DNA from: Promethearchaeota archaeon
GTDB lineage: Archaea > Asgardarchaeota > Lokiarchaeia > Sigyniarchaeales > SOKP01
NCBI GenBank assembly: GCA_016839585.1
Contig: JAEOTZ010000009.1
Span: forward strand, 1 to 19,420
Reading direction: 5' to 3'
DNA: 19,420 bases
The notes below the pieces were generated by a model, which made no database searches, was not told the origin of the DNA, and was given only the letters and a program-made list of their open reading frames with translations. Both the position numbers and the translations under genes were made by a program. Of the stretch, positions 1 through 8,383 are shown one piece after another (position 1 is the stretch's first letter; every line of letters starts with the position of its first letter).

Positions 1-342
1 ATCGATGATTCTGCTGTTAATTGTAATTTTAGAAATCCTTCATTTGAACATATAATTGGATATATAAATGCTGCTACTGGATTTAACTATAATAATAAAT
101 CTCTAATGCGTGTTGGAGAACGAATTAATAATATTAAAAGATTAATTAATTGTAACCTTGGTATAACTCGAGAAGATGATAAATTGCCAGGGCACTTCTA
201 TAAAGTCTTAAAAAAAGGGAAAATAGCGGGAGTAAAACTTGATTTAGAACAAAATTTAAAAAAGTATTATCAAATACGAGATTGGGATTGGGAAACTGGT
301 AGACCTAATGAAAAGAAATTAAAAGAACTTGGAATATTTTAA
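1..342 (+). CDS. aor: Aldehyde:ferredoxin oxidoreductase (W/Mo-pterin AOR family), C-terminal part; gene begins upstream of the window
   Basis: The frame is open from base 1 (IDDSAVNCNF...), so the ATG at 106 is internal. It shows the DSxxxCxF Fe-S Cys motif, GERI..R..N, DDxLP and the AOR C-terminal YYxxRxWD..GxP..KLxELG. Confidence 0.88.
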   Translation: MDDSAVNCNFRNPSFEHIIGYINAATGFNYNNKSLMRVGERINNIKRLINCNLGITREDDKLPGHFYKVLKKGKIAGVKLDLEQNLKKYYQIRDWDWETGRPNEKKLKELGIF

Positions 343-347
343 AATTT

Positions 348-1337
348 TTATATTAAATCAACAATTTCTTCAGGAAATTCTTCCCCTTTATTTTTCATGC
401 GATTCAACATATCTTTAACTTCTGAAATTGTATTTCCATATATATGAAGGGAATTACTAAAATCTAAATAATGTCCCATATCTACACCTAGTTGTTCTGC
501 TACTTTCTTTTGTATTCTTATCATTCCATTAACATTTGCTTCCCACGCTCGAAATAAATCTCGACTTCTCCAGGTTGTTTGCATTATTAATTTGCTATCT
601 TTAATCCGCATATAAATTCTTTGTAAACATGGAGGATCCACATGATATGGGTCAACTAGGGGTCTCCAAGTTATAGCTTGAGCCCTACGACTGTATGGTT
701 TATCTTTTAATTTTTGAATGATATACTCTATTTGGTTTATTCTTGGAAAGTTAAAGATACTAATAGGTAATTTGTCTATTCCAATCTGTTCTGAAATAGT
801 TTTATCTAAATCAAATTCTACTCCTTCTTTAAGCTTCCAAATATTTGATTCAGTAATTTTTTTAGCTTTTTTTAATTTTTGGTGGTTTTTTACAAATTCA
901 TTGTCAACAAACCTTAAATCATAATTCTTATGTATTGTATCTTCTAAAGAAAATGGACTATAATTAAAAATTCTGTCATGGTAAGAATAGGGAAAACTAA
1001 CACCTGATTCCCATAAATAATGATCATTAACTCCGTCCATGATTTCTTCGATATACCCACTTTGAATAGAGCCAATTAAATAAGTATCTGCCATACACCC
1101 AAAAACTTCATAGGAATTGTTATATTTAGACTTAATTTTCATAACTTTATCTTTTCGCATTATTGGATTGCTTAAAGGTTCCTTGATTTCAATTAATACA
1201 GTAGCATCCTTAGAGGGGGGGTCTTCAGGTTTGTCATATTCTGTTTTGATGTCATCACCATTATATAGAACTTGCCCTATAGCCGATAACCATGCATCTC
1301 TAACATTATTTTTTGAAATATAAAAAACTTTTGCCAT
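348..1337 (-). CDS. thyA: Thymidylate synthase, archaeal ThyA-type, with a long internal insertion
   Basis: Motifs YSYHDRI, NQI, SRRA, PPCL (catalytic Cys), RSRD, ANV (dUMP-specificity Asn) and SLHIY. Confidence 0.88.
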   Translation of the reverse strand: MAKVFYISKNNVRDAWLSAIGQVLYNGDDIKTEYDKPEDPPSKDATVLIEIKEPLSNPIMRKDKVMKIKSKYNNSYEVFGCMADTYLIGSIQSGYIEEIMDGVNDHYLWESGVSFPYSYHDRIFNYSPFSLEDTIHKNYDLRFVDNEFVKNHQKLKKAKKITESNIWKLKEGVEFDLDKTISEQIGIDKLPISIFNFPRINQIEYIIQKLKDKPYSRRAQAITWRPLVDPYHVDPPCLQRIYMRIKDSKLIMQTTWRSRDLFRAWEANVNGMIRIQKKVAEQLGVDMGHYLDFSNSLHIYGNTISEVKDMLNRMKNKGEEFPEEIVDLI

Positions 1338-1541
1338 TTTTAAACAATCTCATAAAAATTATTTTTATTATACTATTATGGAAAATTGTAATTATCTCCA
1401 TTATAATCTATTTGTTAAAAATTTAATAAAATTCCATTGAGTATAAGAAATTTTTAATTCAAGTCTTCAGATATTATCACAAGATTTAAAATAACTACCC
1501 CTACATTGTAATTATAAGAATATAACATTTAATCAACAACA

Positions 1542-1550
1542 TATATATAA
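1542..1550 (+). promoter_or_regulatory. Candidate TATA box for the small ORF at 1578
   Basis: TATATATAA about 30 nt upstream of the ATG. The background is very AT-rich, so this is weak. Confidence 0.3.
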
Positions 1551-1577
1551 AAAAATCAATTAAAAAAGTGTGAAGAT

Positions 1578-1751
1578 ATGGGTGGACTAGGCAAAAAGTT
1601 GAAAAAAGGATTTGCTAAGGTGGCAGGTGGAGTCGTGGAGAATGTAACTGGATCAGAGGCTGCCGGTAAAGGTGTGAAAAAGGGTATAAAGAAAGGAAGT
1701 GTAAAGAAGGGTTTCGAAAAGGCAGTAAAAGAAGCTAGTGACGACGATTAA
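1578..1751 (+). CDS. 57-aa Lys/Gly-rich small protein (not in ORF track): MGGLGKKLKKGFAKVAGGVVENVTGSEAAGKGVKKGIKKGSVKKGFEKAVKEASDDD
   Basis: Hand translation, ATG 1578 to TAA 1749-1751. It is a purine/G-rich island in an AT-rich gap, with an upstream TATA-like element and a downstream T-tract. Confidence 0.8.
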   Translation: MGGLGKKLKKGFAKVAGGVVENVTGSEAAGKGVKKGIKKGSVKKGFEKAVKEASDDD

Positions 1752-1768
1752 AAGTATTTTTAAATCTA

Positions 1769-1784
1769 TTTTTTTTTATTTTTT
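1769..1784 (+). terminator. Archaeal oligo-T terminator candidate
   Basis: TTTTTTTTTATTTTTT starting 18 nt after the stop of the 57-aa ORF. Confidence 0.55.
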
Positions 1785-1856
1785 ATTATCATCAAATTTT
1801 TAATACTAAATTACTTTAGAATTCTTAGGTTAAATAAATAGAAGATTTTTATAGAA

Positions 1857-2147
1857 ATGAAGCTGCACCTTGAATTTTCTCCTCCATTCAATGAAGTGAC
1901 TAAAGAAATTTATACAATATTTGAATTTGATAAAGAATTAAAATTAAAAGAACTATTAGAATTCTTTAAAAAGAAGTATGGAAAGGAATTCATTGATTTA
2001 GTCTGGGAAAAAGGAAAGGAGGGAGAATTTAACAAACTTCTATCTCTAATTATAAATGGACATAGTTATCGTCATGATAAATTTTTAGATACTATATTAA
2101 AAGATGGAGATCAGGTAGTATTTATTTACATCTATTTTGGCGGTTAA
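1857..2147 (+). CDS. MoaD/ThiS/SAMP-family beta-grasp (ubiquitin-like) protein
   Basis: 96 aa, with LIING, LKDGDxV and a C-terminal di-glycine (IYIYFGG). Confidence 0.85.
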   Translation: MKLHLEFSPPFNEVTKEIYTIFEFDKELKLKELLEFFKKKYGKEFIDLVWEKGKEGEFNKLLSLIINGHSYRHDKFLDTILKDGDQVVFIYIYFGG

Positions 2148-2149
2148 GC

Positions 2150-3193
2150 TCATATTATTAATATTAACCACATTCCAAATCCAGTTAAAAAAGGATTTAA
2201 AATATTATCTGAAATATTTTTCGCATATGCATCAACTAATAAAAATAATATTGTTGCCACAGTAGCCATTAAAAGAATTTTCACAATACTTACTGGCATC
2301 CAAACATGATATAAGATTGTAATTATAAAAACAATCAAAAATGTTGTGAAACCACCAGCAATAAAGCCTTCAATTGTTTTATTAGAATTTTTTCTAAGGG
2401 TATGCTTTCCATACTTTTTTCCTATTATGCAGGCTGCTGCATCTGCTCCAGTAGTTATTAAAGCTACAGAAGCAAATATGGGAAATGGAGTAAAAAGAAA
2501 AGGAATAAAAGACAAAACTAAAGGTGTTGAAGCTATAAATGTATGTAATTCATTTTGTTTCATATCTAAGTACCATCTCTTAGCCCAATTGGGAATCATA
2601 TAAAATCTATTTAATCGTGCTAGATCTGCAATCTGAAACATAATTATAAATCCATAACCAACGTTTATTATCAACCAATATGCAAAACTATAATTATCTA
2701 AACCGAATTTATTTAAGATTCCCAGATCTTCGAGTATGACTCCCAGTGTCCAAAAAAAGAAGATTATAAAAGTAGTAAATAAATGTAAAAATTTTCTTCC
2801 TAATTCGCTTTTCAAATCATCAACCCAATTTTTATTAAATTCTTCACAATATTTACTATAATCTCTTTCTTCCATAATCTCAGGATTTCTTTTTGAGATT
2901 ATAGTATTATAAATTAGAATAGCAAATAAAATTCCTATTTCTACTAGGAAAATGGTAGACGTAAAAAACCACATGAAATTTAACGACTCTGATGACAAAT
3001 CAGGGGAATGAAATTGAAACATAAAAGGAAATAAAATTCCTGCTATTAAAAGCAATGCTACTATTAGAAGTTCATTTATGAATAAGTGATTTTCAATCTT
3101 TTCTTTTTTGTTTCTGATAACATAAATAAATGTAATGATTGTATACCCAAAAAAGATTAAAGTAGTAGGTAAATACAACATGATGTTAACCAA
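2150..3193 (-). CDS. CTP-dependent polyprenol/diacylglycerol kinase family membrane protein (dolichol/phytol kinase-like), paralog 1
   Basis: Multi-TM protein with ExxRKxxH, DAAACIIGKKYGKH...KTIEG and SDNILNP. Confidence 0.8.
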   Translation of the reverse strand: MVNIMLYLPTTLIFFGYTIITFIYVIRNKKEKIENHLFINELLIVALLLIAGILFPFMFQFHSPDLSSESLNFMWFFTSTIFLVEIGILFAILIYNTIISKRNPEIMEERDYSKYCEEFNKNWVDDLKSELGRKFLHLFTTFIIFFFWTLGVILEDLGILNKFGLDNYSFAYWLIINVGYGFIIMFQIADLARLNRFYMIPNWAKRWYLDMKQNELHTFIASTPLVLSFIPFLFTPFPIFASVALITTGADAAACIIGKKYGKHTLRKNSNKTIEGFIAGGFTTFLIVFIITILYHVWMPVSIVKILLMATVATILFLLVDAYAKNISDNILNPFLTGFGMWLILII

Positions 3194-3249
3194 TAAAGTC
3201 GAATAATTTAAAAATTTTTATTAATCTCATACTTATTTATTCTTTTCTA

Positions 3250-4356
3250 TTAAATCCATGCCAAAATAATTGAGGAATAATTAAAACTAAAAATGAATCG
3301 TAATATCACGTATACAAGGCTAGATCCAATCGGGATTAATAAATTATCTGACAAATTTAGTGGTTTATTTGTTACTACATCAAAAACTAAAAAAACAAAC
3401 GAAAAAATTAATGACCAGTAAAATCCCATGAAAAAGCTACAAATTATAAATGATACAATTGTCCCAGCAATAGTTCCCTCCCACGTTTTGTTTTGATTCC
3501 ATGAAATATGTCTCTTACCATATCTAATTCCAATTTGACTGGTCATTAAATCACTAATTGAGCTCATTCCTAAGATTGCAAAAAAGACCATTGGAGGGCA
3601 CAGAAACGCAGCAAACATATGCCCTATCGTAAAATAAAGGTAAGTACCATAACTTTTTTTTTCCTCTTCAGTGAGATAAAATTTAGAAAAAATATTAAAT
3701 GGAAATGAGAGATTTTTAGATTTTCGCGTAAATTCATTTGCTAGTATAAACAAGCAAATCGTGTAAAAAAAGAAAAATAATGCGTAATAAAACCATCCAA
3801 AATTAAACAGAACCTGTTTAATTGAATTTGGTTTAATTAAAATTTTAAAATATAGCAATAATATATTATTTTCTTCAGGAATCATACCTTCTGTTGTCCC
3901 GGTATAGAATTTTACAATATACACGCCAAGACTCCAAACACTTAATAATACAACAAATATTAAAACATGGTTAATTTTTCGATAAACATCTTTCCTAACT
4001 TTACTCCTGTTTTTTATTTTTTTTTCAATTTTCTTTCCCATATCTGAAAGATCTTTTTTAGAAATCCTTTTATAAAAATAAGCGAATCCAGTGGATAGTA
4101 AAATTAAAATACTTATTAACAAAAAGGGTCCATTAAGAGTTAAAAGCATAATGGGAAGAATAATTTCATGAAGTTCTACTTCTAGACTCAATAAAAGGAG
4201 AAATAGGAGGATATGGATGAAAATAGAATACATAGCACTTAAACTAACAAAATTATTTAAAAAGTCAGGTTTATAAGAGAAATGTACGTATATATATAGA
4301 ATGTAAAAATAAGAAACTAGTAATGCAATAAACCAAGGAAAAAAATATTCCGTCAT
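3250..4356 (-). CDS. CTP-dependent polyprenol/diacylglycerol kinase family membrane protein, paralog 2
   Basis: Multi-TM protein with DxxRKxxH, SDLMTSQIGIRYGKR...KTWEG and SDNLLIP. Confidence 0.8.
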   Translation of the reverse strand: MTEYFFPWFIALLVSYFYILYIYVHFSYKPDFLNNFVSLSAMYSIFIHILLFLLLLSLEVELHEIILPIMLLTLNGPFLLISILILLSTGFAYFYKRISKKDLSDMGKKIEKKIKNRSKVRKDVYRKINHVLIFVVLLSVWSLGVYIVKFYTGTTEGMIPEENNILLLYFKILIKPNSIKQVLFNFGWFYYALFFFFYTICLFILANEFTRKSKNLSFPFNIFSKFYLTEEEKKSYGTYLYFTIGHMFAAFLCPPMVFFAILGMSSISDLMTSQIGIRYGKRHISWNQNKTWEGTIAGTIVSFIICSFFMGFYWSLIFSFVFLVFDVVTNKPLNLSDNLLIPIGSSLVYVILRFIFSFNYSSIILAWI

Positions 4357-4536
4357 GATTTTGAATTTGACACTAAATTCTCTCTAATAAATTATGTTGT
4401 TTAGCACCATTAATTAAATGTATGTGTTTTTCATTCAATTGTAATTATTAAGTTCAAAATAATCTTCTTAATAAAATTTACAAAAAATTGAATCTTATAA
4501 GAATATAGGTAAGAATTTAATAAATTAAGGCGATGA

Positions 4537-5151
4537 TTGTTGAAAAATATTATTTTAGCCTCAAAATCGATCGATCGAAGCAAACTGTTCAAGGATGCTA
4601 AAATTCCAATTGAAATTTTAGGTCCGGATATTGATGAGGAGGAATTTAAAAAAAAAATAGGGGATCCTATTAAACTTGTAAGGGAATTAGCCAAAGCTAA
4701 AGCTTTATACATAAAAAATATTATATTAGAAAGTAAAAGAGATGCATTTATAGTAGCAGCAGATACTATTATAGAATTCAATGGAGATATGATTGGGAAA
4801 GCAAAAGATGAGCAAACTGCTTTCCAAATCTTAAAAAGATTAACAGGTAATGTTCATAATTTATTAACAGGGATTGCTATCACAAGATCTATTGATTCTA
4901 AGATTGTTGTTGACTATGAAAGTACTGTTGTAAAATTTCTTGAATTGTCAGATAAAGAAATTAGGTGTTATCTCAAATCTGGGGATTGGAAGGGGAGAGC
5001 GGGAGCATATGCAATTACCGAAAAAGCAAGTCTATTTATAGAATATATTCAAGGATCTTTTTCAAATGTAATTGGGTTACCTATGCATAAGATCTTTCTG
5101 ATATTGAAAAATCAATTTAATTTGAATTTATTAGAAATTAAAGAAATTTAA
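4537..5151 (+). CDS. maf: Maf-family nucleoside triphosphate pyrophosphatase (TTG start at 4537 or 4540)
   Basis: Motifs IILASxS..R, IDEE, LAxxKA, AADT, GK, AGAY and NVIGLP. Confidence 0.9.
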   Translation: MLKNIILASKSIDRSKLFKDAKIPIEILGPDIDEEEFKKKIGDPIKLVRELAKAKALYIKNIILESKRDAFIVAADTIIEFNGDMIGKAKDEQTAFQILKRLTGNVHNLLTGIAITRSIDSKIVVDYESTVVKFLELSDKEIRCYLKSGDWKGRAGAYAITEKASLFIEYIQGSFSNVIGLPMHKIFLILKNQFNLNLLEIKEI

Positions 5152-5159
5152 GTTTAAAG

Positions 5160-5735
5160 ATGAGAAAGATTAAAATTTGTGTCGGATCCTTAAATCCTAC
5201 AAAAATTAATGCTGTAGAAATAGGTTTTGGGAAATATTTTAAAAAAATTGAAGTTTTTAAGATAAAAGGAAACTCAAAAGTCTCAAATCAACCTATTGGA
5301 ATGGAAAAAATCTTAAAAGGAGCCATTAATAGAGCTAAAGCCGCTTTAGATTATCTTTTGAATGAAACAAATGAAAAAAGTAATATTTTTGGAATAGGAA
5401 TTGAAGCAGGATTAGTTCCAGTTCCCCATACTAGAACTGGATATATGGACTTTCAATTTTGTGCTATAATTGATGAAAAACGTAAAATTTCCTTAGGTTC
5501 GGGTATCGCTTTTGAATATCCTCAGTTTGTTATCAATCGAATTCTAGAAAAAAATGATTTAGAAATTGGTCAAATTATAGGAGAACTTGCTGGTAATCTG
5601 AATTTAAAAAATGAATTAGGTGCTATTAGTTTCTTAAGCAAAAATAGGATAAAAAGGCCCGAAATTTTAACTCAAGCAGTAATTTGTGCATTGTTACCAT
5701 GGATTAATAAGAAATTGTATAAAGAATTAAATTAA
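5160..5735 (+). CDS. yjjX: Inosine/xanthosine triphosphatase (YjjX family)
   Basis: Motifs GSxNPxKxxAV, SxQP, GAxNRA, GIEAG, GAIxxLS and ALxP; 8 nt downstream of maf. Confidence 0.9.
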   Translation: MRKIKICVGSLNPTKINAVEIGFGKYFKKIEVFKIKGNSKVSNQPIGMEKILKGAINRAKAALDYLLNETNEKSNIFGIGIEAGLVPVPHTRTGYMDFQFCAIIDEKRKISLGSGIAFEYPQFVINRILEKNDLEIGQIIGELAGNLNLKNELGAISFLSKNRIKRPEILTQAVICALLPWINKKLYKELN

Positions 5736-5744
5736 GATTAAACG

Positions 5745-5915
5745 TTAATCCACAGTTATTTCTTTCCAAACCTTTAGATCTTCATAGAAGCTTAAAATCT
5801 TTTCTAGTTTGACTGCTAAATTCTCATAATGATTTTGATCTGCATATTTTTTCTTAGCTAAGGTTTTAGCAAGTTTTAATTCAGTTCTATATCTCATAAT
5901 TTTATCTTCAATCAC
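5745..5915 (-). CDS. 56-aa helical hypothetical protein (not in ORF track): MIEDKIMRYRTELKLAKTLAKKKYADQNHYENLAVKLEKILSFYEDLKVWKEITVD
   Basis: Hand translation, GTG 5915 (or ATG 5897) to TAA 5745-5747. It fills the yjjX-DUF1028 gap, has protein-like amphipathic helical composition and sits downstream of a palindrome cluster. Confidence 0.7.
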   Translation of the reverse strand: MIEDKIMRYRTELKLAKTLAKKKYADQNHYENLAVKLEKILSFYEDLKVWKEITVD

Positions 5916-5932
5916 ATAGGGTTTACAAAAAT

Positions 5933-5998
5933 TCGTGATAATATAATACTATATTATCGTGATAATATATCTTTAAATTAGAATAACACTATATTATC
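5933..5998. promoter_or_regulatory. Repeated GATAATATA/TATATTATC operator-like half-sites
   Basis: Half-sites at 5937-5945, 5950-5958, 5961-5969 and 5990-5998. Perfect 9-2-9 palindrome at 5950-5969. 13-bp direct repeat TCGTGATAATATA at 5933 and 5957. Confidence 0.55.
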
Positions 5999-6857
5999 CA
6001 CTCTTTCTTAAGTCTAAAATATATCTATATAAACTACCCCACATGAAATCATCATCTCTTTCTCTGACTTCAAAATTATTTGTCCCTAACCAATCCTTCA
6101 GTGCTTTTTTTGTTACATCGTCATATTTATCATCAATTGCTCCTTCATAAAATCCATCAAGCTTCAACCTTTCCTTAACGATTTTTACTTTATCGCCTTT
6201 TAACTTAACAAGATCTTTAGGATCATCTCTAAGAAGTAAACACATATCATAAATTTCAAACACTTTCTTTAACTCTTTAATTGGTGTCGGATGTTCATCT
6301 ACTCGAATATTTATATAGTTATCAGTGCCTCCATCATATGCCCCTTTTTCTTTTACTATAAGAATAGCTGCTGATTCCCTTCCTCTTCTATCTCCACCCG
6401 CTTCTTGTCCGGCGTCTAAGACAGCAAAGAATTTTTTTATTAAATCTCCTCGAGTGTTTTCGAAAGCTTTAGCCATCGCTTTAACTACCTCTTCCGATGC
6501 TAAAATATTCCCTTGACAAGAAAAATTTTTTCCTACAATATGACCAGCCCAATCAAAACACTCTGAACCTGTGAATGAGGCTGCATTTCCAAATGAATCA
6601 ACTATTCCCACTTGCCTTTCTTCTTTTTTCTCATCATCTTTTATCAATCTTTGAATAGTTTCTTCAGCTGTTAGACCCTTTTCTAATAATGCTAACCCAT
6701 TTGGGCCATAACTAGTATTAGCATAGGCTTGTGTGGCTATCGCTCCTATCCCTGCTTTAGCAAAAGGAACTATTGAGCCCACAGCTACGAATTTTGATTG
6801 GACAGCCACGCCCCATTCATTAGTTTTTGGATCGAAGGCAACAATTGAAAATGTCAT
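5994..6857 (-). CDS. DUF1028 family Ntn-hydrolase with C-terminal peptidoglycan-binding-like helical domain
   Basis: N-terminal MTFSIVA...GVAVQS...GAIATQA, QGNIL, AGGDRRG.SAA and RVDEH..PI.EL. Confidence 0.9.
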   Translation of the reverse strand: MTFSIVAFDPKTNEWGVAVQSKFVAVGSIVPFAKAGIGAIATQAYANTSYGPNGLALLEKGLTAEETIQRLIKDDEKKEERQVGIVDSFGNAASFTGSECFDWAGHIVGKNFSCQGNILASEEVVKAMAKAFENTRGDLIKKFFAVLDAGQEAGGDRRGRESAAILIVKEKGAYDGGTDNYINIRVDEHPTPIKELKKVFEIYDMCLLLRDDPKDLVKLKGDKVKIVKERLKLDGFYEGAIDDKYDDVTKKALKDWLGTNNFEVRERDDDFMWGSLYRYILDLRKSG

Positions 6858-7019
6858 ATTAATAACCTTATTCTCTTAATTTAATAATTTATAGATTTGA
6901 TTATAATAATAATTATTTCAAATAACTTAAGAGAAAAATAAGTCAATAAAAAAAATATTAAATGCTTATATAATTTAAAATCTTTATACAAATTATTACT
7001 TCTAAAAAGATGATATATT

Positions 7020-7364
7020 ATGGCAAGAAAACATTACAAAAACGAAGGTATAATGAAATTTTTGACTGTGATTGGAGGCCTAGTAGCTCTAGCAAGTCAA
7101 ATTATCATAATAGCAAATAAAATTGCTGATTTAGATGTATACTTTCCTAGATATGTAGGTTTTAATACAATAGTTTATGCAATTATTGGAATTGTTATTT
7201 CGATTATTACAATATATACCGCAATCAAACCTGATAATCCCTTTCCTTTTCACTGGTTATTCTTATTCGTATTGGGGATATTACTTGTCATTTTTGCTGG
7301 TGGTATAATAGCCTGTGTACTATTGATTATCGCTGCTCTAATTGGCTTAATTGAAGTTCTCTAA
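7020..7364 (+). CDS. Small membrane protein (about 4 TM), function unknown
   Basis: 114 aa with three to four hydrophobic segments; followed by a T-rich tract. Confidence 0.75.
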   Translation: MARKHYKNEGIMKFLTVIGGLVALASQIIIIANKIADLDVYFPRYVGFNTIVYAIIGIVISIITIYTAIKPDNPFPFHWLFLFVLGILLVIFAGGIIACVLLIIAALIGLIEVL

Positions 7365-7430
7365 TTTATTCTAAGTGAAAAGATCTTTTAGGTTCTATTA
7401 AAATTTTTTATCTTTTTTTAATTAAAGGCT

Positions 7431-8303
7431 CTAAATTTTTGCACTTTCTAGAAAATATGAAATAATTTCTTTGGCTATATTTACCTCTGTTACTTTCTGT
7501 AGCCCTATAAATCCTGGAATTGAATTCACTTCCAGAACAAGAAGTCCTTTTTCACTTTCTACTATATCTACGCCAGCAATTTCTGTTTTAACTGCTTTTG
7601 CTGCTTTTATAGCAAGGTTTTCTAGTTCATCAGTAATCTCTAATGGTTCTGGTTTAGCACCTGTATAAAGATTTGTTTTCCAACTATCACCAACCCTATA
7701 CATACCTGCAACCACTTTATCGCCTAAAACTAGGATTCTAATATCTCGATTATAGTGTTCAATGAACTCTTGTAAGTAAAAGACTTCATTGAGTTGACCA
7801 AGAGAATATATGACATTTTCTGCAAAACCTTTATCATTTAATCGTGTTATTCCTATTCCCTTAGACCCATAAAGAGGTTTTAGCACGCAATCATTCCCTA
7901 ATTCTTCATATGCCTCTAATGCCATATGAGGTTCTTCACAAATTATTGTCTTAGGTGTTGGGATTTTATGTTTTTCTAAAGACACTGAAGTTAGAAATTT
8001 ATCACTTGCTATCTCTAAAGATTCTCTTGAATTTATTAATTTAACATTGTGTTCTTCTATTGCTCTTAGTATATCAAGCCTAAAAAAGATCCTCTGAGTA
8101 GCTGCGGCTCCAAATCCTCTTACAAGGGCCGCTCTAGGAGTTAGACTTTCAAATCTTTTTTCAAATTTACTTTGGAATCCAATATTGACTTTAATTGTTG
8201 ATGGAATAAAATATTGGACATTGTATCCTTGGTTTTTAAACTCATTAGACAAAATCTTAACTTCAGGATCAGAAGGATTAGGAGTAATTATCATTGTTTG
8301 CAT
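7431..8303 (-). CDS. rimK: RimK-family ATP-grasp alpha-L-glutamate ligase (possibly MptN/CofF-like cofactor ligase; substrate not determinable)
   Basis: Motifs DKF, IPTPKT, VLKPLYGSKGIG, QEFI..RDIR, WKTN, GVDI and EVNSIPGF. Confidence 0.85.
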   Translation of the reverse strand: MQTMIITPNPSDPEVKILSNEFKNQGYNVQYFIPSTIKVNIGFQSKFEKRFESLTPRAALVRGFGAAATQRIFFRLDILRAIEEHNVKLINSRESLEIASDKFLTSVSLEKHKIPTPKTIICEEPHMALEAYEELGNDCVLKPLYGSKGIGITRLNDKGFAENVIYSLGQLNEVFYLQEFIEHYNRDIRILVLGDKVVAGMYRVGDSWKTNLYTGAKPEPLEITDELENLAIKAAKAVKTEIAGVDIVESEKGLLVLEVNSIPGFIGLQKVTEVNIAKEIISYFLESAKI

Positions 8304-8383
8304 TTTAATTTCACATTAAAAAAATTACTTAATTAAACAATAGGACTAATTTTTAAATAAATTTAATTTCTTATAAAATATAT

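Noticed and set aside
738-959. Intein in ThyA, or a dCMP hydroxymethylase call
   Set aside because: No C/S...HN splice junctions and the insert is too short. The specificity residue is Asn (dUMP type), not Asp.
1578-8303. RiPP-like link between the acidic-tailed 57-aa peptide and the RimK ligase
   Set aside because: They are about 6 kb apart with unrelated genes between, and cofactor glutamylation is the simpler role for the ligase.
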